Origin: Nannocystis bainbridge
GTDB taxonomy: Bacteria > Myxococcota_A > Polyangia > Nannocystales > Nannocystaceae
Assembly (NCBI RefSeq): GCF_028368995.1
Contig: NZ_JAQNDL010000004.1
Coordinates: 544,001 to 608,000, forward strand
Length of the DNA stretch: 64,000 bases
Direction of reading: 5' to 3'
How positions within the stretch are numbered: the stretch's first letter is position 1; every line of letters starts with the position of its first letter. The translations under genes were made by a program, and so were the position numbers. Shown here one piece after another: positions 1-10,005 of this stretch. Below the pieces are notes generated by a model that was not told where the DNA came from, did not search any database, and was given only the letters and a program-made list of their open reading frames with translations.

Positions 1-375
1 GGCGCTGCGTCAGCACCTGCAGTCGTCGCCAGCTCCGCGCAGTTGCGAACGTAACGGGCGCGCGTGAAGGCGTTTCATGCTCCAGGTTCTCGCCGCGCAG
101 ATCGGGGCCGACCGGGTTCGTGGCATCAGCAAGAATCTCCGAGCGACGCGGCCTGGCCAGCAGACACGCGGCGGCGAGGTCGCCGGCGAGCGGTCCTCTG
201 TACGAGCTTGCCGCGCCGTGCAGGCTCTCGATCGCGGGCCGTCCGCGGCGCGCCGACTGTTCAGATGGGCTGTAAGCAAAGGTCCCGGGCGCGCGCGGGC
301 GGAACTGCAAAGGCCTTGCGACACCGTCGGCAACGACGTTCGGCTGTACGCTGGCGCGAGGTAGCAGGACGACGA

Positions 376-1518
376 ATGGCGATGCTCGAGCGACTCGATG
401 CGGTGCGTGCGATCTTCAACAACCTCGAGGTCATCGTCTGGGCCGTCGACACCGAGGGCACCATCGTCGTCTCGGAGGGCGGCGGGTTGAAGTACCTCGG
501 CCTGCCGCCCGGCGCGATAGTCGGCCAGAGCTTCTACGAGCTGTACGGGCAGAGCAGCGACGGCGTGAACAACCTGCAGCGCTCGCTCGCCGGCGAGACG
601 CTGATCGTCCAGCACAACGATCACGGCCGGGCCCTCGAGTCGCGCTTCGTGCCGGTCCGCAGCGAGAGTGACGAGGCGGTGGTGGGCGTCATCGGCGTCA
701 CCCAGGACATCACCGAGCGCCTGCGCAGCCAGGCCGAGCTGCGCGAGCAGGCGGAGCTGCTGGACCTGGCCCACGACGCGATCGTGGTCCGCCGGCTCGA
801 CGGCACTGTCACGTACTGGAACCACGGGGCGGCGCAGATCTACGGCCACAGCCGCGAGGAGGCGCTCGGTCGCGACGTGCACGCGCTGCTGCGCACGAGC
901 GGCGATCTGCAGGAGCCGCGGCGCCGGCTGCTGGCAGAGGGCTTCTGGGACGGCGAACAGACGCACACGCGACGCGACGGCCAGGAGGTGCTGGTGGCCT
1001 CGCGCTGGGTGCTGAAGCGCGACGCGAACGGTCAGTCGGCGACGATCCTGCAGATCGACACCGACATCACGGCGCGCAAGCAGGCGGAGCAGGCGGAGGC
1101 CCGCCGGCGCGAGGATCTCATCCGCGCCCAGGCGCTCGCCATCGAGGAGCTCTCGACGCCGCTGATCCCGATCACCGACGACATCTTCGTGATGCCGCTG
1201 ATCGGGATGATGGACTCGATGCGCGCGCAGCAGGTGCTGCAGACCCTGCTCGACGGGCTGGCCAACGGGCGCGGCAGGTTCGTGATCCTCGACATCACGG
1301 GGGTGCCGGTGGTGGATACGGCCGTTGCCCACGCGCTGCTGCGCTCGGCCCAGGCGGCCCGCCTGCTCGGGGCCGAGGTGATCCTGACGGGCATCCGCCC
1401 GGAGGTCGCGCAGACGCTGGTGAGCATCGAGGCCAACTTCACCAACGTGATCACGCGCGGCACGCTGCAGAGCGGCATCGCCTACGCGCTCGGGCGGCGC
1501 GGGCAGAGGACGCTGTGA
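376..1518 (+). CDS. PAS-PAS-STAS protein (RsbR-like sensor / anti-anti-sigma)
   Basis: Two PAS segments (IVWAVDTEG; AIVVRRLDGTVTYWNHGAAQIYG) and an RsbR-type STAS domain (ELSTPLIPI...MPLIG...ILDITGV...LLGAEVILTGIRPEVAQTLV). ATG at 376. Confidence 0.9.
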   Translation: MAMLERLDAVRAIFNNLEVIVWAVDTEGTIVVSEGGGLKYLGLPPGAIVGQSFYELYGQSSDGVNNLQRSLAGETLIVQHNDHGRALESRFVPVRSESDEAVVGVIGVTQDITERLRSQAELREQAELLDLAHDAIVVRRLDGTVTYWNHGAAQIYGHSREEALGRDVHALLRTSGDLQEPRRRLLAEGFWDGEQTHTRRDGQEVLVASRWVLKRDANGQSATILQIDTDITARKQAEQAEARRREDLIRAQALAIEELSTPLIPITDDIFVMPLIGMMDSMRAQQVLQTLLDGLANGRGRFVILDITGVPVVDTAVAHALLRSAQAARLLGAEVILTGIRPEVAQTLVSIEANFTNVITRGTLQSGIAYALGRRGQRTL

Positions 1519-1544
1519 CGCGGGGAGCGGTCGCGTGAGTGGCA

Positions 1545-1668
1545 GGGTCTTCGGGACATGCTTGAAAGGGCATGTCCTCGAGGACGGCGTGGTGAGCGAT
1601 CGCGCCGTGGAAACGTGAAAACAGTCTGGCCCTCAGGACATGCTCCTTCGGGCATGTCCTGAGGAGCA
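1545..1668. repeat. Two triplets of 14-bp TGTC-N6-GACA-like units; includes a perfect hairpin at 1631-1664
   Basis: Units at 1545/1559/1573 and 1627/1641/1655. CCTCAGGACATGC-8nt-GCATGTCCTGAGG is a perfect inverted repeat between convergent genes. Confidence 0.85.
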
Positions 1669-1675
1669 GGCGCGA

Positions 1676-2299
1676 TCAGGCGGTCGTGATCAGCGACGGC
1701 GGCAGGTGGCCGGTGTCGTTGTAGGTGATCAGCGCCTCGAAGTCTTCCTGGTAGACCCGGAGCTCGGTGATCCCGCAGTGCGAGCAGTCGAACCGGCTCC
1801 ACGCCTCGTAGGGCAGGCGCAGGGTGTGGGCGACGAGGTAGCGGATCAGGTTGCCGTGGGTGAAGATGACCGCGAAATTGGTCTGCTTCGGGGTGCGGAA
1901 GAAGCGGTCGCGGACCTTGTCGACCTGCTTGACGGTCATGGCCCGGTCCTCGGGGCTGGTGAACGGCAGGCCGGGGTGGACGCCGAACTCGGCCACGCGG
2001 TTGGCGTCGACCACCGGCAGGACCTCGTGCAGGTACGGCTTGACCTTGATCCGGTCGATGTGGAGCTCGTGGGCGGCGATCTCGGCGGTCTGCAGGGCGC
2101 GCGGCCAGGGGCTCGAGAACAGGCCCTCGAACTTGCCTTGCGCGGCGTCGAGGATCTGCGCCAGGCGCCGACCGGTGCGCACGGCCTGGCGCCGGCCCAG
2201 CGGGGTGAGGCCCCAGACGGTGTCGCCCTCGTCGCCGATCCGCTCGTAGTGGCCGTGCCGGACGAGGATGACCCGGCTGTGGACGACTTCGAGGCTCAT
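1676..2299 (-). CDS. Histidine phosphatase family protein (PGAM5-like)
   Basis: LVRHG motif, LTPLGRRQA, SSPWPRALQTA, FTHGNLIRY, NDTGHLPP. Confidence 0.88.
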   Translation of the reverse strand: MSLEVVHSRVILVRHGHYERIGDEGDTVWGLTPLGRRQAVRTGRRLAQILDAAQGKFEGLFSSPWPRALQTAEIAAHELHIDRIKVKPYLHEVLPVVDANRVAEFGVHPGLPFTSPEDRAMTVKQVDKVRDRFFRTPKQTNFAVIFTHGNLIRYLVAHTLRLPYEAWSRFDCSHCGITELRVYQEDFEALITYNDTGHLPPSLITTA

Positions 2300-2333
2300 G
2301 CGCGGCGGCGCTTGTAACACGGCGTCGCCGCGC

Positions 2334-2633
2334 TCACAAAGGAGTCACGGCGAGCCGCCGCAGCCGGCGCCACAGGGCCAGGTCGCCGGCGACGAGCCGC
2401 TCCTTGTCGGCCCGCCGGAGGGCCTTGAGCGCGTATTCCAGCTGCCGGGCGTGGCGCGGCAGCTGCTGGCCGCGCTTCCAGGCGACCGCCACCGGCAGCC
2501 GCCCGCGCGTGTACTTGGCGCCCTTGCCGGCGTTGTGCGCGGCGAGGCGGCGGTCCAGGTCGTCGGTGATGCCGGCGTAGAGCGAGCCGTCGGCGCAGCG
2601 GAGGAGGTAGACGATGTAGCGCCGCTCGGCCAC
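2334..2633 (-). CDS. GIY-YIG nuclease family protein (YhbQ/YazA-like)
   Basis: [43 protein letters not shown]; GTG start at 2633. Confidence 0.9.
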   Translation of the reverse strand: MAERRYIVYLLRCADGSLYAGITDDLDRRLAAHNAGKGAKYTRGRLPVAVAWKRGQQLPRHARQLEYALKALRRADKERLVAGDLALWRRLRRLAVTPL

Positions 2634-2689
2634 GGGAGGGCTCCGACGATACACGCGATCGGGCCGGGGCGCGGAAGCGTCACGGGCGC

Positions 2690-4714
2690 TCAGCCGGCGG
2701 CCGCGATCACCTCGAGCAGGCCGGCGCCGTACTTGTCGGCCTTGGCCGGGCCGATCCCGTGGGCGAGCAGCAGCTGGTCGCGGGTGCGCGGGCGCAGCAG
2801 CGCGAGGTCGCGCAGGCTGCGGTCGCTGGCGACCACGTAGGGCGGGACCCCGTCGCGGCTGGCGACCTGCATGCGGTGGGCGCGGAGGCGCTCGAACAGC
2901 GCCAGGGCGGCGGCGTCGAGCACGGCCTCGGGCTCGTGCGTCTTTCTGTCCTTCGGGACATGTCCCAAGGGACCTGCCCCGGGGAGCATGTCCTTTGCGG
3001 CAGGTCGATGGCGCGGCGGCAGCAGCAGGCGGGCCGGCACGGCGCCGCGCATGACCTGGCGGCCGATGTCGGTGAGGACGACGACGGGGCGGTCGTCGCC
3101 GGTGAAGTCGACCCAGCCGGCGACGACGCAGCGGCGCAGCAGGCGGAGCAGCCAGGGGCCGTCGTGATCGCGCAGGGCGCCGAAGGTCGGGGTGTTGACG
3201 AGGCCAGTGCGCTCGAGCCGCTCGTCGGCGGCGCCGCGCAGCAGGCTGACGGCCGCCTGTAGGCCGAAGCGGCGGTGGATCCGGGCGACCGCGCTGAGCG
3301 CCTTGCGCACGATCAGGGTCGTGGCCTCCGGGTCGTCGTCGGCCTCGGCCGAGAGCTGGCGGCACACGTCGCAGCGGGCGCAGCCGCCGAGCGCCTCGCC
3401 CTCGTCGCCGAAGTGGCGGAGGATCGCGTCGTGGCGGCACGAGCCGCCCTCGGCCCAGCGCATCAGCTCGAGGAAGGTGTTCCACTTGTGCTCGACCACC
3501 GCCGGCGCGGGCGGGCTGTCGTCGCCGCCGCCGCGCTCGATCAGCCGGCGCCGCAGCGGCAGGTCGCCCGGGGCGATCAGCAGCAGACCGAGCGCGTCGC
3601 GGCCGTCGCGGCCGGCGCGACCGACCTCCTGGTAGTAGGCCTCGATCGAGCCCGGCGGGGCCAGGTGGATCACCGCCCGCACGTCGCCGCGGTCGATGCC
3701 CATGCCGAAGGCGTTGGTGGCGACGACGATGTCGAGCTCGCCGCGCGAGAAGCGGGCCTGGACCCGATCGCGCTGCGGACCCTCGAGGCCGGCGTGGTAG
3801 GCCTCGGCCCGCCAGCCGCGGGTGACCAGGCGCACCGACTCCTGCTCGGTGACCTTGCGGGTGGGGGCGTAGATGATGGCTGTCCCGTAGGACATGTCCT
3901 CGGCGTCATGTCCCGAAGGACGGGCGCCGGGGGCCCGGCCGAGCGCCGCCTCGAGCGTGTGGTCGATGAGGCGCTCGCGCGACCGGCGGTCCTCCTCCTC
4001 GGCGACGTGCAGGGCCAGGTTGGGGCGGGCGAAGCCGCGGACGATCTGCGGGGTGTCGGCCGGCAGGCCCAGGCGCGACAGGATCTCGTCGCGCACCACC
4101 GGGGTGGCGGTGGCGGTGCAGGCGAGCACGCGCGCGCGCGGCAGGTCGGCCAGGAGCTCGCCGATCTGCAGGTACTCCGGGCGAAAGTCGTGGCCCCACT
4201 CGCTGATGCAGTGGGCCTCGTCGATGGCGATCAGCGGGACGGCGATCCGGCGGCAGATGTCGCGGAAGGCCGGGGCGCCGAGCCGCTCGGGGGCGACGTA
4301 GACGAGCTTGTAGTGGCCACGCGCCATGGCCCCGAGGCGGGCGCTGATCTCGGGCCCGGGCAAGGTGCTGGCGAGGAAGGTGGCCGTGACGCCGCGCGCC
4401 TCGAGGGCCCGCACCTGGTCGGCCATGAGGGCGATCAGCGGCGAGAGGACGATGGTGGTGCCCGGCAAGGCGCTGCCCGGGAGCTGGAAGGTGAGGCTCT
4501 TGCCGCCGCCGGTGGGCGCGACGAGCAGCAGCCGCCGCCGCTGCATGAGGACCTCGATGGCCTCGGCTTGACCTGGCCGAAAGGACTGGTAGCCGAGCCG
4601 CTGCAGGGCGCCCAGGAAATCGGGCCCGTCGCCCGCGCCAGGCTCCTGACGGGGGCCTCCGGGGCCGGCAGGCCGAACCGTCGCGTCGGGCTCGTGGGCG
4701 CCAGGAGAGGTCAC
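2690..4714 (-). CDS. recQ: ATP-dependent DNA helicase RecQ
   Basis: Walker [48 protein letters not shown], Zn site CRH...[10 protein letters not shown] and HRDC domains. Confidence 0.95.
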   Translation of the reverse strand: MTSPGAHEPDATVRPAGPGGPRQEPGAGDGPDFLGALQRLGYQSFRPGQAEAIEVLMQRRRLLLVAPTGGGKSLTFQLPGSALPGTTIVLSPLIALMADQVRALEARGVTATFLASTLPGPEISARLGAMARGHYKLVYVAPERLGAPAFRDICRRIAVPLIAIDEAHCISEWGHDFRPEYLQIGELLADLPRARVLACTATATPVVRDEILSRLGLPADTPQIVRGFARPNLALHVAEEEDRRSRERLIDHTLEAALGRAPGARPSGHDAEDMSYGTAIIYAPTRKVTEQESVRLVTRGWRAEAYHAGLEGPQRDRVQARFSRGELDIVVATNAFGMGIDRGDVRAVIHLAPPGSIEAYYQEVGRAGRDGRDALGLLLIAPGDLPLRRRLIERGGGDDSPPAPAVVEHKWNTFLELMRWAEGGSCRHDAILRHFGDEGEALGGCARCDVCRQLSAEADDDPEATTLIVRKALSAVARIHRRFGLQAAVSLLRGAADERLERTGLVNTPTFGALRDHDGPWLLRLLRRCVVAGWVDFTGDDRPVVVLTDIGRQVMRGAVPARLLLPPRHRPAAKDMLPGAGPLGHVPKDRKTHEPEAVLDAAALALFERLRAHRMQVASRDGVPPYVVASDRSLRDLALLRPRTRDQLLLAHGIGPAKADKYGAGLLEVIAAAG
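2947..3002. repeat. Four 14-bp units inside recQ (RQC-HRDC linker)
   Basis: TGTCCTTCGGGACA/TGTCCCAAGGGACC/TGCCCCGGGGAGCA/TGTCCTTTGCGGCA. Confidence 0.85.
3881..3922. repeat. Three 14-bp units (42 bp) inside the recQ helicase region
   Basis: TGTCCCGTAGGACA/TGTCCTCGGCGTCA/TGTCCCGAAGGACG; encodes [14 protein letters not shown]. Confidence 0.85.
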
Positions 4715-4764
4715 GGGCCGACAGGGTGGGCGCTCGCGCGCGCACGCGCAAGCAGGATCGCGCG

Positions 4765-4842
4765 GGCGCGAGCGCGGCGGGGGCCTGGCGCGAGCGCGGC
4801 GGGGACCTGGCGCGAGCGCGGCGGGAGCCTGGCGCGAGCGCG
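4765..4842. repeat. 22-bp tandem repeat, about 3.5 copies, upstream of recQ
   Basis: GGCGCGAGCGCGGCGGGRRCCT at 4765, 4787, 4809 and a partial copy at 4831. Confidence 0.85.
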
Positions 4843-4964
4843 TGGACCGGAGGGGCGAGGCCCTGGGTGACCGGCGATGGTGGACGAGAGGGAAACGAGC
4901 TCCCCGCGGGCGGGCGGAGGGAGGCGAATGCGGTTCGTTCGAGAGGCCGGGAGCGCGGCGGGCC

Positions 4965-5804
4965 TCAGGGGGCGGGCTCGGCGGCAGCCTCGGCAGCGGC
5001 TTCGGCGGCGGGGTCGACGGGTTCGGTCGGGCCGCCGCCGAGGCGGAAGATGCGGGCGATGAGGCCGTTGGGGACCACGAAGGCGGCGATGCGCTGGCGG
5101 TCGACGGTCAGCTGCGGGCACTCGGGCGTGCGCCGGTCGGGCCAGATGTCGACGCCGGAGGCGAACACGCTGAAGCCCGGCTCGCCGGTGGCGCACTGGC
5201 CCGAGAGCCAGGCGTCGCGCGCCTCGTGATCCGCGAGCGCGGCCATGACGACGAGGCGCGGGCTGAGGGCGGGCAGCAAGATGTCGGCCCAGGTCAGCGC
5301 GACGACGTGAGCGCCGTCGACGGCGAAGGTGCGCGCGACGATCTCGGGGCCGGACGGCGGGTCGGCGTCGGCGGCCTTGGGATCGACGGTGGTGTCGATG
5401 CGCTCGCACACGAGGCTGACGATCTGGGTGGTGGCGAGCGGGGTGACGCAGGTGATGGCGACGCTGCCGACCTTGCCCTCGAGCTTCTCGTCGGTCCACA
5501 CGTCGAGCATGGCGGCCTCGCGGATCTGCGCGGCCAGCTCGCGCTCGCGGTCGTCGTCGGCGAGGTCGACCTCGGGGTAACTGATAGCGAGGGTGACCTG
5601 GCCGGGCCGGCGGGCGATCGATTTCTCCACCACGGGCACGTAGGCGAGGCCGTCGCTCAGCGGGGCGGTGGTGTAGAGCCGATCGGAGGTGGCGACGAAC
5701 AGCGGCGGAGCCCCGCGCGGCTGGCTCGACTCGGCCGGCGGCGGCCGACAGGTGGGCAGCGCGAGCAGGAGGAGGGCGAGGCCTGTATTTCGGGACAGGT
5801 GCAT
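4965..5804 (-). CDS. Hypothetical secreted protein / lipoprotein
   Basis: Signal-like N-terminus LALLLLALPTC; coding-like GC3 bias; no family recognised. Confidence 0.7.
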   Translation of the reverse strand: MHLSRNTGLALLLLALPTCRPPPAESSQPRGAPPLFVATSDRLYTTAPLSDGLAYVPVVEKSIARRPGQVTLAISYPEVDLADDDRERELAAQIREAAMLDVWTDEKLEGKVGSVAITCVTPLATTQIVSLVCERIDTTVDPKAADADPPSGPEIVARTFAVDGAHVVALTWADILLPALSPRLVVMAALADHEARDAWLSGQCATGEPGFSVFASGVDIWPDRRTPECPQLTVDRQRIAAFVVPNGLIARIFRLGGGPTEPVDPAAEAAAEAAAEPAP

Positions 5805-5976
5805 CGAGACAGGTCGGCGGACGGACCGGACGCTCGAGAGTGCGACGAACCGCCGGTCGCCGCAAGCGGGCCGGCGACCTCAGGCGGAGGGTGCTGCGGA
5901 GGCGGGGGCCGGTGTGAGGGCCGGCGGCGATGGCGCTGGATGCGGGGCAGGGGAGCCGAGCGGGTGGGGTTCATGC

Positions 5977-6018
5977 TGTCTATTGCGACATGTCTAAAAG
6001 GGCATGGTCATAAGGACA
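5977..6018. repeat. Three 14-bp units, intergenic
   Basis: TGTCTATTGCGACA/TGTCTAAAAGGGCA/TGGTCATAAGGACA. Confidence 0.85.
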
Positions 6019-6147
6019 TGTTGAAAGTCAAGAGGCGAGGGCGACGCCCCTGCAAGACGAAGAGGATGGCGACCTCGCCGCGGGTCGTCCAGCGCATCGG
6101 GGCGTAGAGGCGAAGGGCGCCGACGCGGACCTCGTGGAAGGGATCTG

Positions 6148-7683
6148 TCACTTGCGGCGGCGGCGACGAAGCAGCGGCAGAAGCCAGGCCAGGGCCGGGC
6201 TGCCGGTGCGGCAGCCGCCGCAGGCGTCGTCGCCGGGCGGGTCGGACTCGCCGGCGGTGTCGGACTCGCCCGGATCGTCGCCGGTGCTCGAATCATCACC
6301 GGTGCTGTCGCCGCTGCTCTCGTCGCCGGTGGTCTCGGGCGCGGGCAGTGGTTCGACGCAGGCGAGCCCGTCGCGGGTGTCCGCGGCGCACAGGTGGGCG
6401 CGGATCGACATGTCCGAGAGGACAGGGTTGACGACGGCCAGCCAGTAGCCGCCGGCGGGCAGCTCGGCGAGGATCCGCGGCTCGGGTTCGGCGCCGTCCC
6501 AGGCGAGCGCCTCCGGCTCGACGGGGCCGTCGGCCGCGCCGCCGGCGACCGCCTGAAGCGTGAACTCGAGGCCGGGCGCGGGCGCGGCGAGGCCGAACCA
6601 CAGCGGGCCGCCGGGGTGGTCGAGGCGGTAGTAGCGGGCGGTCAGCGAGAAGAAGCGGTCGTCGTCGGCGAGCGGGAACACCTCCTGTTCGGCGGCCACG
6701 CCCGCGAGCTCGGCGGCGTACGGGTGGCTGTCGCGGGCGCCGGCGTGCTCGCCGGTGGCGAGGTTCCAGGCGGCGAACTCGAGCCAGGCCGGGCGCAGGT
6801 CGTCGGCGTGCGCCTGCAGCAGCCCGGCGATCGCGGCCGGCAGCTCGGCGGCGCCGCCGATCTGCAGCAGGGCGTCGACGAACTCGGGGCCGCGGCGGGC
6901 GATCAGGAAATCCCACCACAGCCCGGTGCCGTAAGCGAAGCTCGGCACCGGACCGGCGGGGGGCTTGAAGAGGGAGCGGCCGGTGTCGGCGAGGTAAGCA
7001 TCGCAGAAGCGCAGGAAATCGCGCGAGTCGGCGCGATAGGACCGCTCGGCCCACACGGCGGTGCCCTCGGAGAACCACACCGGGAGGTCGACGGCGTACG
7101 CGGCCTGGACGGCGTGGAACAGCTCGTGACTGACGACGGTGTCGACGGCCTCCGCGAGGTCGGCGTAGCCGTAGCCGGCGAAATCGTTCTCGAGCACGAG
7201 GTGGCCGGCGCAGGCGTCGGGGTCGCAAGCGTCGTGGCCGAAGTGGCCGTCGGCGGAGCCGCCGAAATCGACGAGGTAGATGTCGAGTGCCTCGCTGCCG
7301 CCGAGCAGGCCGAGGTCGTGCTCGGCCTCGCTGCGCGGGGGCCGGAGGTCAAAGGCGTCGCGGTAGAGCGCGAGCACGGCGGCGGCGGTGTCGGCGACGC
7401 GGACGACGTAGTCGGGCACGCCGTCGCCGTCGAGGTCGGCGAGCGGGACGACGCTGGGGCCGTCGGCGCTGTAGTGGACGCGCAGGCCGCCGCCCGGGTG
7501 ATCGAAAAAGACGAGGCTGTCCTTTGGGTCATACGGCCACAGGCCGCCCTCGGTCGGCCGCTCGGCGCGCGCGAGGCCCGGGACGAGCAGGGCGGCGAGC
7601 AGGGCGGCGAAGCACGCGGGGACCGGCGAGCGAGTGGGACGCGCGCGGCGCTTCGGCTCGACGGCGGAGTGATTTCCACGCAC
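6148..7683 (-). CDS. MXAN_6640-type secreted zinc metalloprotease with MYXO-CTERM-like tail (start uncertain)
   Basis: Signal peptide ...LARA; DLDGDGVPD; VSHELFHAVQ (HExxH) followed by WFSEGTAVW; acidic Ser/Thr linker, GGC, hydrophobic stretch and RRRRRK. Confidence 0.8.
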   Translation of the reverse strand: MRGNHSAVEPKRRARPTRSPVPACFAALLAALLVPGLARAERPTEGGLWPYDPKDSLVFFDHPGGGLRVHYSADGPSVVPLADLDGDGVPDYVVRVADTAAAVLALYRDAFDLRPPRSEAEHDLGLLGGSEALDIYLVDFGGSADGHFGHDACDPDACAGHLVLENDFAGYGYADLAEAVDTVVSHELFHAVQAAYAVDLPVWFSEGTAVWAERSYRADSRDFLRFCDAYLADTGRSLFKPPAGPVPSFAYGTGLWWDFLIARRGPEFVDALLQIGGAAELPAAIAGLLQAHADDLRPAWLEFAAWNLATGEHAGARDSHPYAAELAGVAAEQEVFPLADDDRFFSLTARYYRLDHPGGPLWFGLAAPAPGLEFTLQAVAGGAADGPVEPEALAWDGAEPEPRILAELPAGGYWLAVVNPVLSDMSIRAHLCAADTRDGLACVEPLPAPETTGDESSGDSTGDDSSTGDDPGESDTAGESDPPGDDACGGCRTGSPALAWLLPLLRRRRRK

Positions 7684-7880
7684 CCCGAGCGAGTGGCACG
7701 CGACGAGCGCGGGATGCTCGCGCGTCGACGCGAAGGCGAAGTGATTCCTGCGGCTCGTCGAATCGGCGCATGAGTGCTGCGCGGGCATCGTCGCTTCGAC
7801 GGGCGAGCGATGCCCGCGCATCGTCGCTGCTTCGGCCGATGGATCCGCCGTCGCCTCGCGCTCCGCGGCGTCGCGGCGCT

Positions 7881-8792
7881 TCACGGGAGGAAGCTCCAGC
7901 GCCAGGTCATGATCGCCGAGCCCGTGCCCATGGTGCCGTTCTCGTTGCAGTCGGCCTGGCCCTGTTCGTAGTAGGCCTCGATCACCAGCTTGACGGCGCG
8001 ACCGTCGGCGAGGCGGAGGGCGAACGGGAAGCCGGTGGTGGTGACGCAGCCGGTGTAGCCCCACCAGCTGGCCATGCGGTACGCGGGGCTGCCGGGCAGG
8101 CCGGAGCCGTCCTCTTGCAGGGTGCAGGCGTCGTCGTAGTAGCTCTCGGGCGCGAACTCGGCGTCGGGCGGGGCGGCGTCGAGGTCGGCGTACTGGCCGG
8201 CGGGCGCGGCGACGGTGACGCACGACGGGCCCGAGCTGCCGCTGTTGGCGCGGATGCCGAAGCGCTTGGCGGCGATGTCCCAGGCGCCGCTCTCGAGCGC
8301 CGCGACGTCGTCGAGGTCGACCCGCGCGAGGCCGTCGTCGGTGAAGCGGAGGTAGACCCACGGATTCATCGCCGCGGCCATGGTCCCGCCGGCGGAGGCG
8401 TCGAGGGTCGAGACCCAGTCGTCGCCGTCGCGCACGCTGGCGACCTCGGCGTCGCTGACCTTGTCGTCTTGCAGCGACAGGTCCTGGATCGAGGCGTCGA
8501 TGCAGGGGACGGGGGCCAGCGGGCAGGCGTTCGGGTCGACCGGCTCGTCGGTGGTGCCGGGGTCGGTGGTGGTCGGTGGCTCGGCGGTGGTGCCGGTCTC
8601 GGTCGTGGTGCCGGGTTCGGTGGCGGCCGAGCTCTCGTTGCCGGTCTCGGCAGTGCCGCCGGTCCCGGCATCGTTGCCGGTCGCGGCCTCGGTGCCGGTG
8701 CCGGTGTCGGCCGGATCGCCCTGGTCGCCGCAGGCGCCGACGAGCATGGCGAAGAGGATGAGGTGTAACTTGGGACAGGTCGTGAGGGACAT
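7881..8792 (-). CDS. HmuY-family heme-binding lipoprotein
   Basis: Lipobox LVGAC, Thr-rich stalk, WDIAAKRFGIRANSGSSGP, LRLADGRAVKLVIEAYY; last gene of the heme ABC operon. The frame is open upstream to GTG 8942. Confidence 0.8.
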   Translation of the reverse strand: MSLTTCPKLHLILFAMLVGACGDQGDPADTGTGTEAATGNDAGTGGTAETGNESSAATEPGTTTETGTTAEPPTTTDPGTTDEPVDPNACPLAPVPCIDASIQDLSLQDDKVSDAEVASVRDGDDWVSTLDASAGGTMAAAMNPWVYLRFTDDGLARVDLDDVAALESGAWDIAAKRFGIRANSGSSGPSCVTVAAPAGQYADLDAAPPDAEFAPESYYDDACTLQEDGSGLPGSPAYRMASWWGYTGCVTTTGFPFALRLADGRAVKLVIEAYYEQGQADCNENGTMGTGSAIMTWRWSFLP

Positions 8793-8938
8793 GGGATGCG
8801 CGATCCTGGTGCGAGGTGATCTGAACTTTTGGACAGGTCCCCGGGCCCGACGAGCGGGCGGGCGAGATGAACCTTTGGACAGGTCCCCGGGGACAGGCGC
8901 GTGGGGCGCGTGCCGCGGCAGGACGGCCGCGGCCACGG

Positions 8939-9748
8939 TCACGCGTGGAGGTCGTCGGGCGGGCGCGGGAGGACGGCGAAGCCGCGGCCCGCGGGCGCGG
9001 GTACGAGGTCGAAGCGGGCGCCGAAGCACGCCTCGAGGCGCTCGGGGGTGAGGACGTCGGCCGGTTCACCGTGGGCGACGCAGCGGCCGGCGTGGAGCAG
9101 GGCGAGGTCGTCGGCGCACTGGCTGGCGGCGCCGAGGTCGTGGAGGACGAGCACGAGGGCGGTGTCGGTGGCGCGCACGAACTGGCGCAGGCGCGCGAGG
9201 ATCCGGACGGCGTGGCCGGGGTCGAGGTTGGCGGTCGGCTCGTCGAGCAGGAGGTAGCGGCGCGGGTGCTCGGGGCTGGGCTCCCAGATCTGGGCGAGCA
9301 CCCGGGCCAGCTGGACGCGCTGCTGCTCGCCGCCGGACAGGGTCGGGGCGAGGCGCTCGGCGAGGTGGGCGACCTCGGCCAGCTCGAGCGCGGCCCAGGC
9401 GATGTCGCGGTCGCGCCGGGTCTCGCCGCGGCCGGGGTGCGGGAGGCGCCCCAGGGTAGCGACCTCGAGCGCGGTCAGCGGGAAGCGCAGGGCGCTGGCC
9501 TGCGGCAGGACGGCCCGCATGCGCGCGAGGGAGGTGGGGTGGACCTGGGCGAGCGGGCGACCGTCGAAGCGCAGCTCGCCGGCGCTGGGGGCCTGCTCGC
9601 CGGCCCAGACGCGCAGCAGGGTCGATTTTCCGGCTCCGCTGGGGCCGACGACGGCGAGCACGCGGGCGCACTCGGCCACGAGCGAGAGGTCGCGCAGGAG
9701 CTCGGCGCGCCCGACGGTGACGCCGATGCGCGAGGCGACCAGGCTCAC
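8939..9748 (-). CDS. hmuV: Heme ABC transporter ATP-binding protein
   Basis: GPSGAGKST, LSGGEQQRVQLARVLAQIW, LLLDEPTANLD. Confidence 0.9.
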   Translation of the reverse strand: MSLVASRIGVTVGRAELLRDLSLVAECARVLAVVGPSGAGKSTLLRVWAGEQAPSAGELRFDGRPLAQVHPTSLARMRAVLPQASALRFPLTALEVATLGRLPHPGRGETRRDRDIAWAALELAEVAHLAERLAPTLSGGEQQRVQLARVLAQIWEPSPEHPRRYLLLDEPTANLDPGHAVRILARLRQFVRATDTALVLVLHDLGAASQCADDLALLHAGRCVAHGEPADVLTPERLEACFGARFDLVPAPAGRGFAVLPRPPDDLHA

Positions 9749-10005
9749 GCGACCTCCGATTGGGGGGCGGCGAAGCGAGGGGGATCGACCTCGGCCCCGG
9801 CGCGCCCGGGCGCATGGTCTTCGGGACAGGTCGAGCCGGGCCGCGCGTCGTGCGAGCCCGGGACCGGGGCCGGGCGGGGCGTGCGCATCAGGATGGCCTT
9901 CGGGACAGGTGGGGGCGCGACCGGGGGCGATCGCCTGGGTTCGACCCTTGGTTGCGATCGTTCTTCATAAGTATTCAGAACCAAAGATCTTACGGCGCTG
10001 CTCAT
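9745..10005 (-). CDS. Putative 86-aa bridging ORF between hmuU and hmuV
   Basis: ATG overlaps the hmuU stop (ATGA) and its TGA overlaps the hmuV GTG (GTGA). Low complexity; two motif units. Confidence 0.35.
   Translation of the reverse strand: MSSAVRSLVLNTYEERSQPRVEPRRSPPVAPPPVPKAILMRTPRPAPVPGSHDARPGSTCPEDHAPGRAGAEVDPPRFAAPQSEVA

Noticed and set aside
77-364. Small ORF upstream of the PAS-STAS gene
   Set aside because: No recognisable motif and weak codon bias; it cannot be supported.
1631-1664. Classical intrinsic terminator
   Set aside because: The hairpin is perfect but has no U-tract on either strand; recorded as a motif cluster instead.
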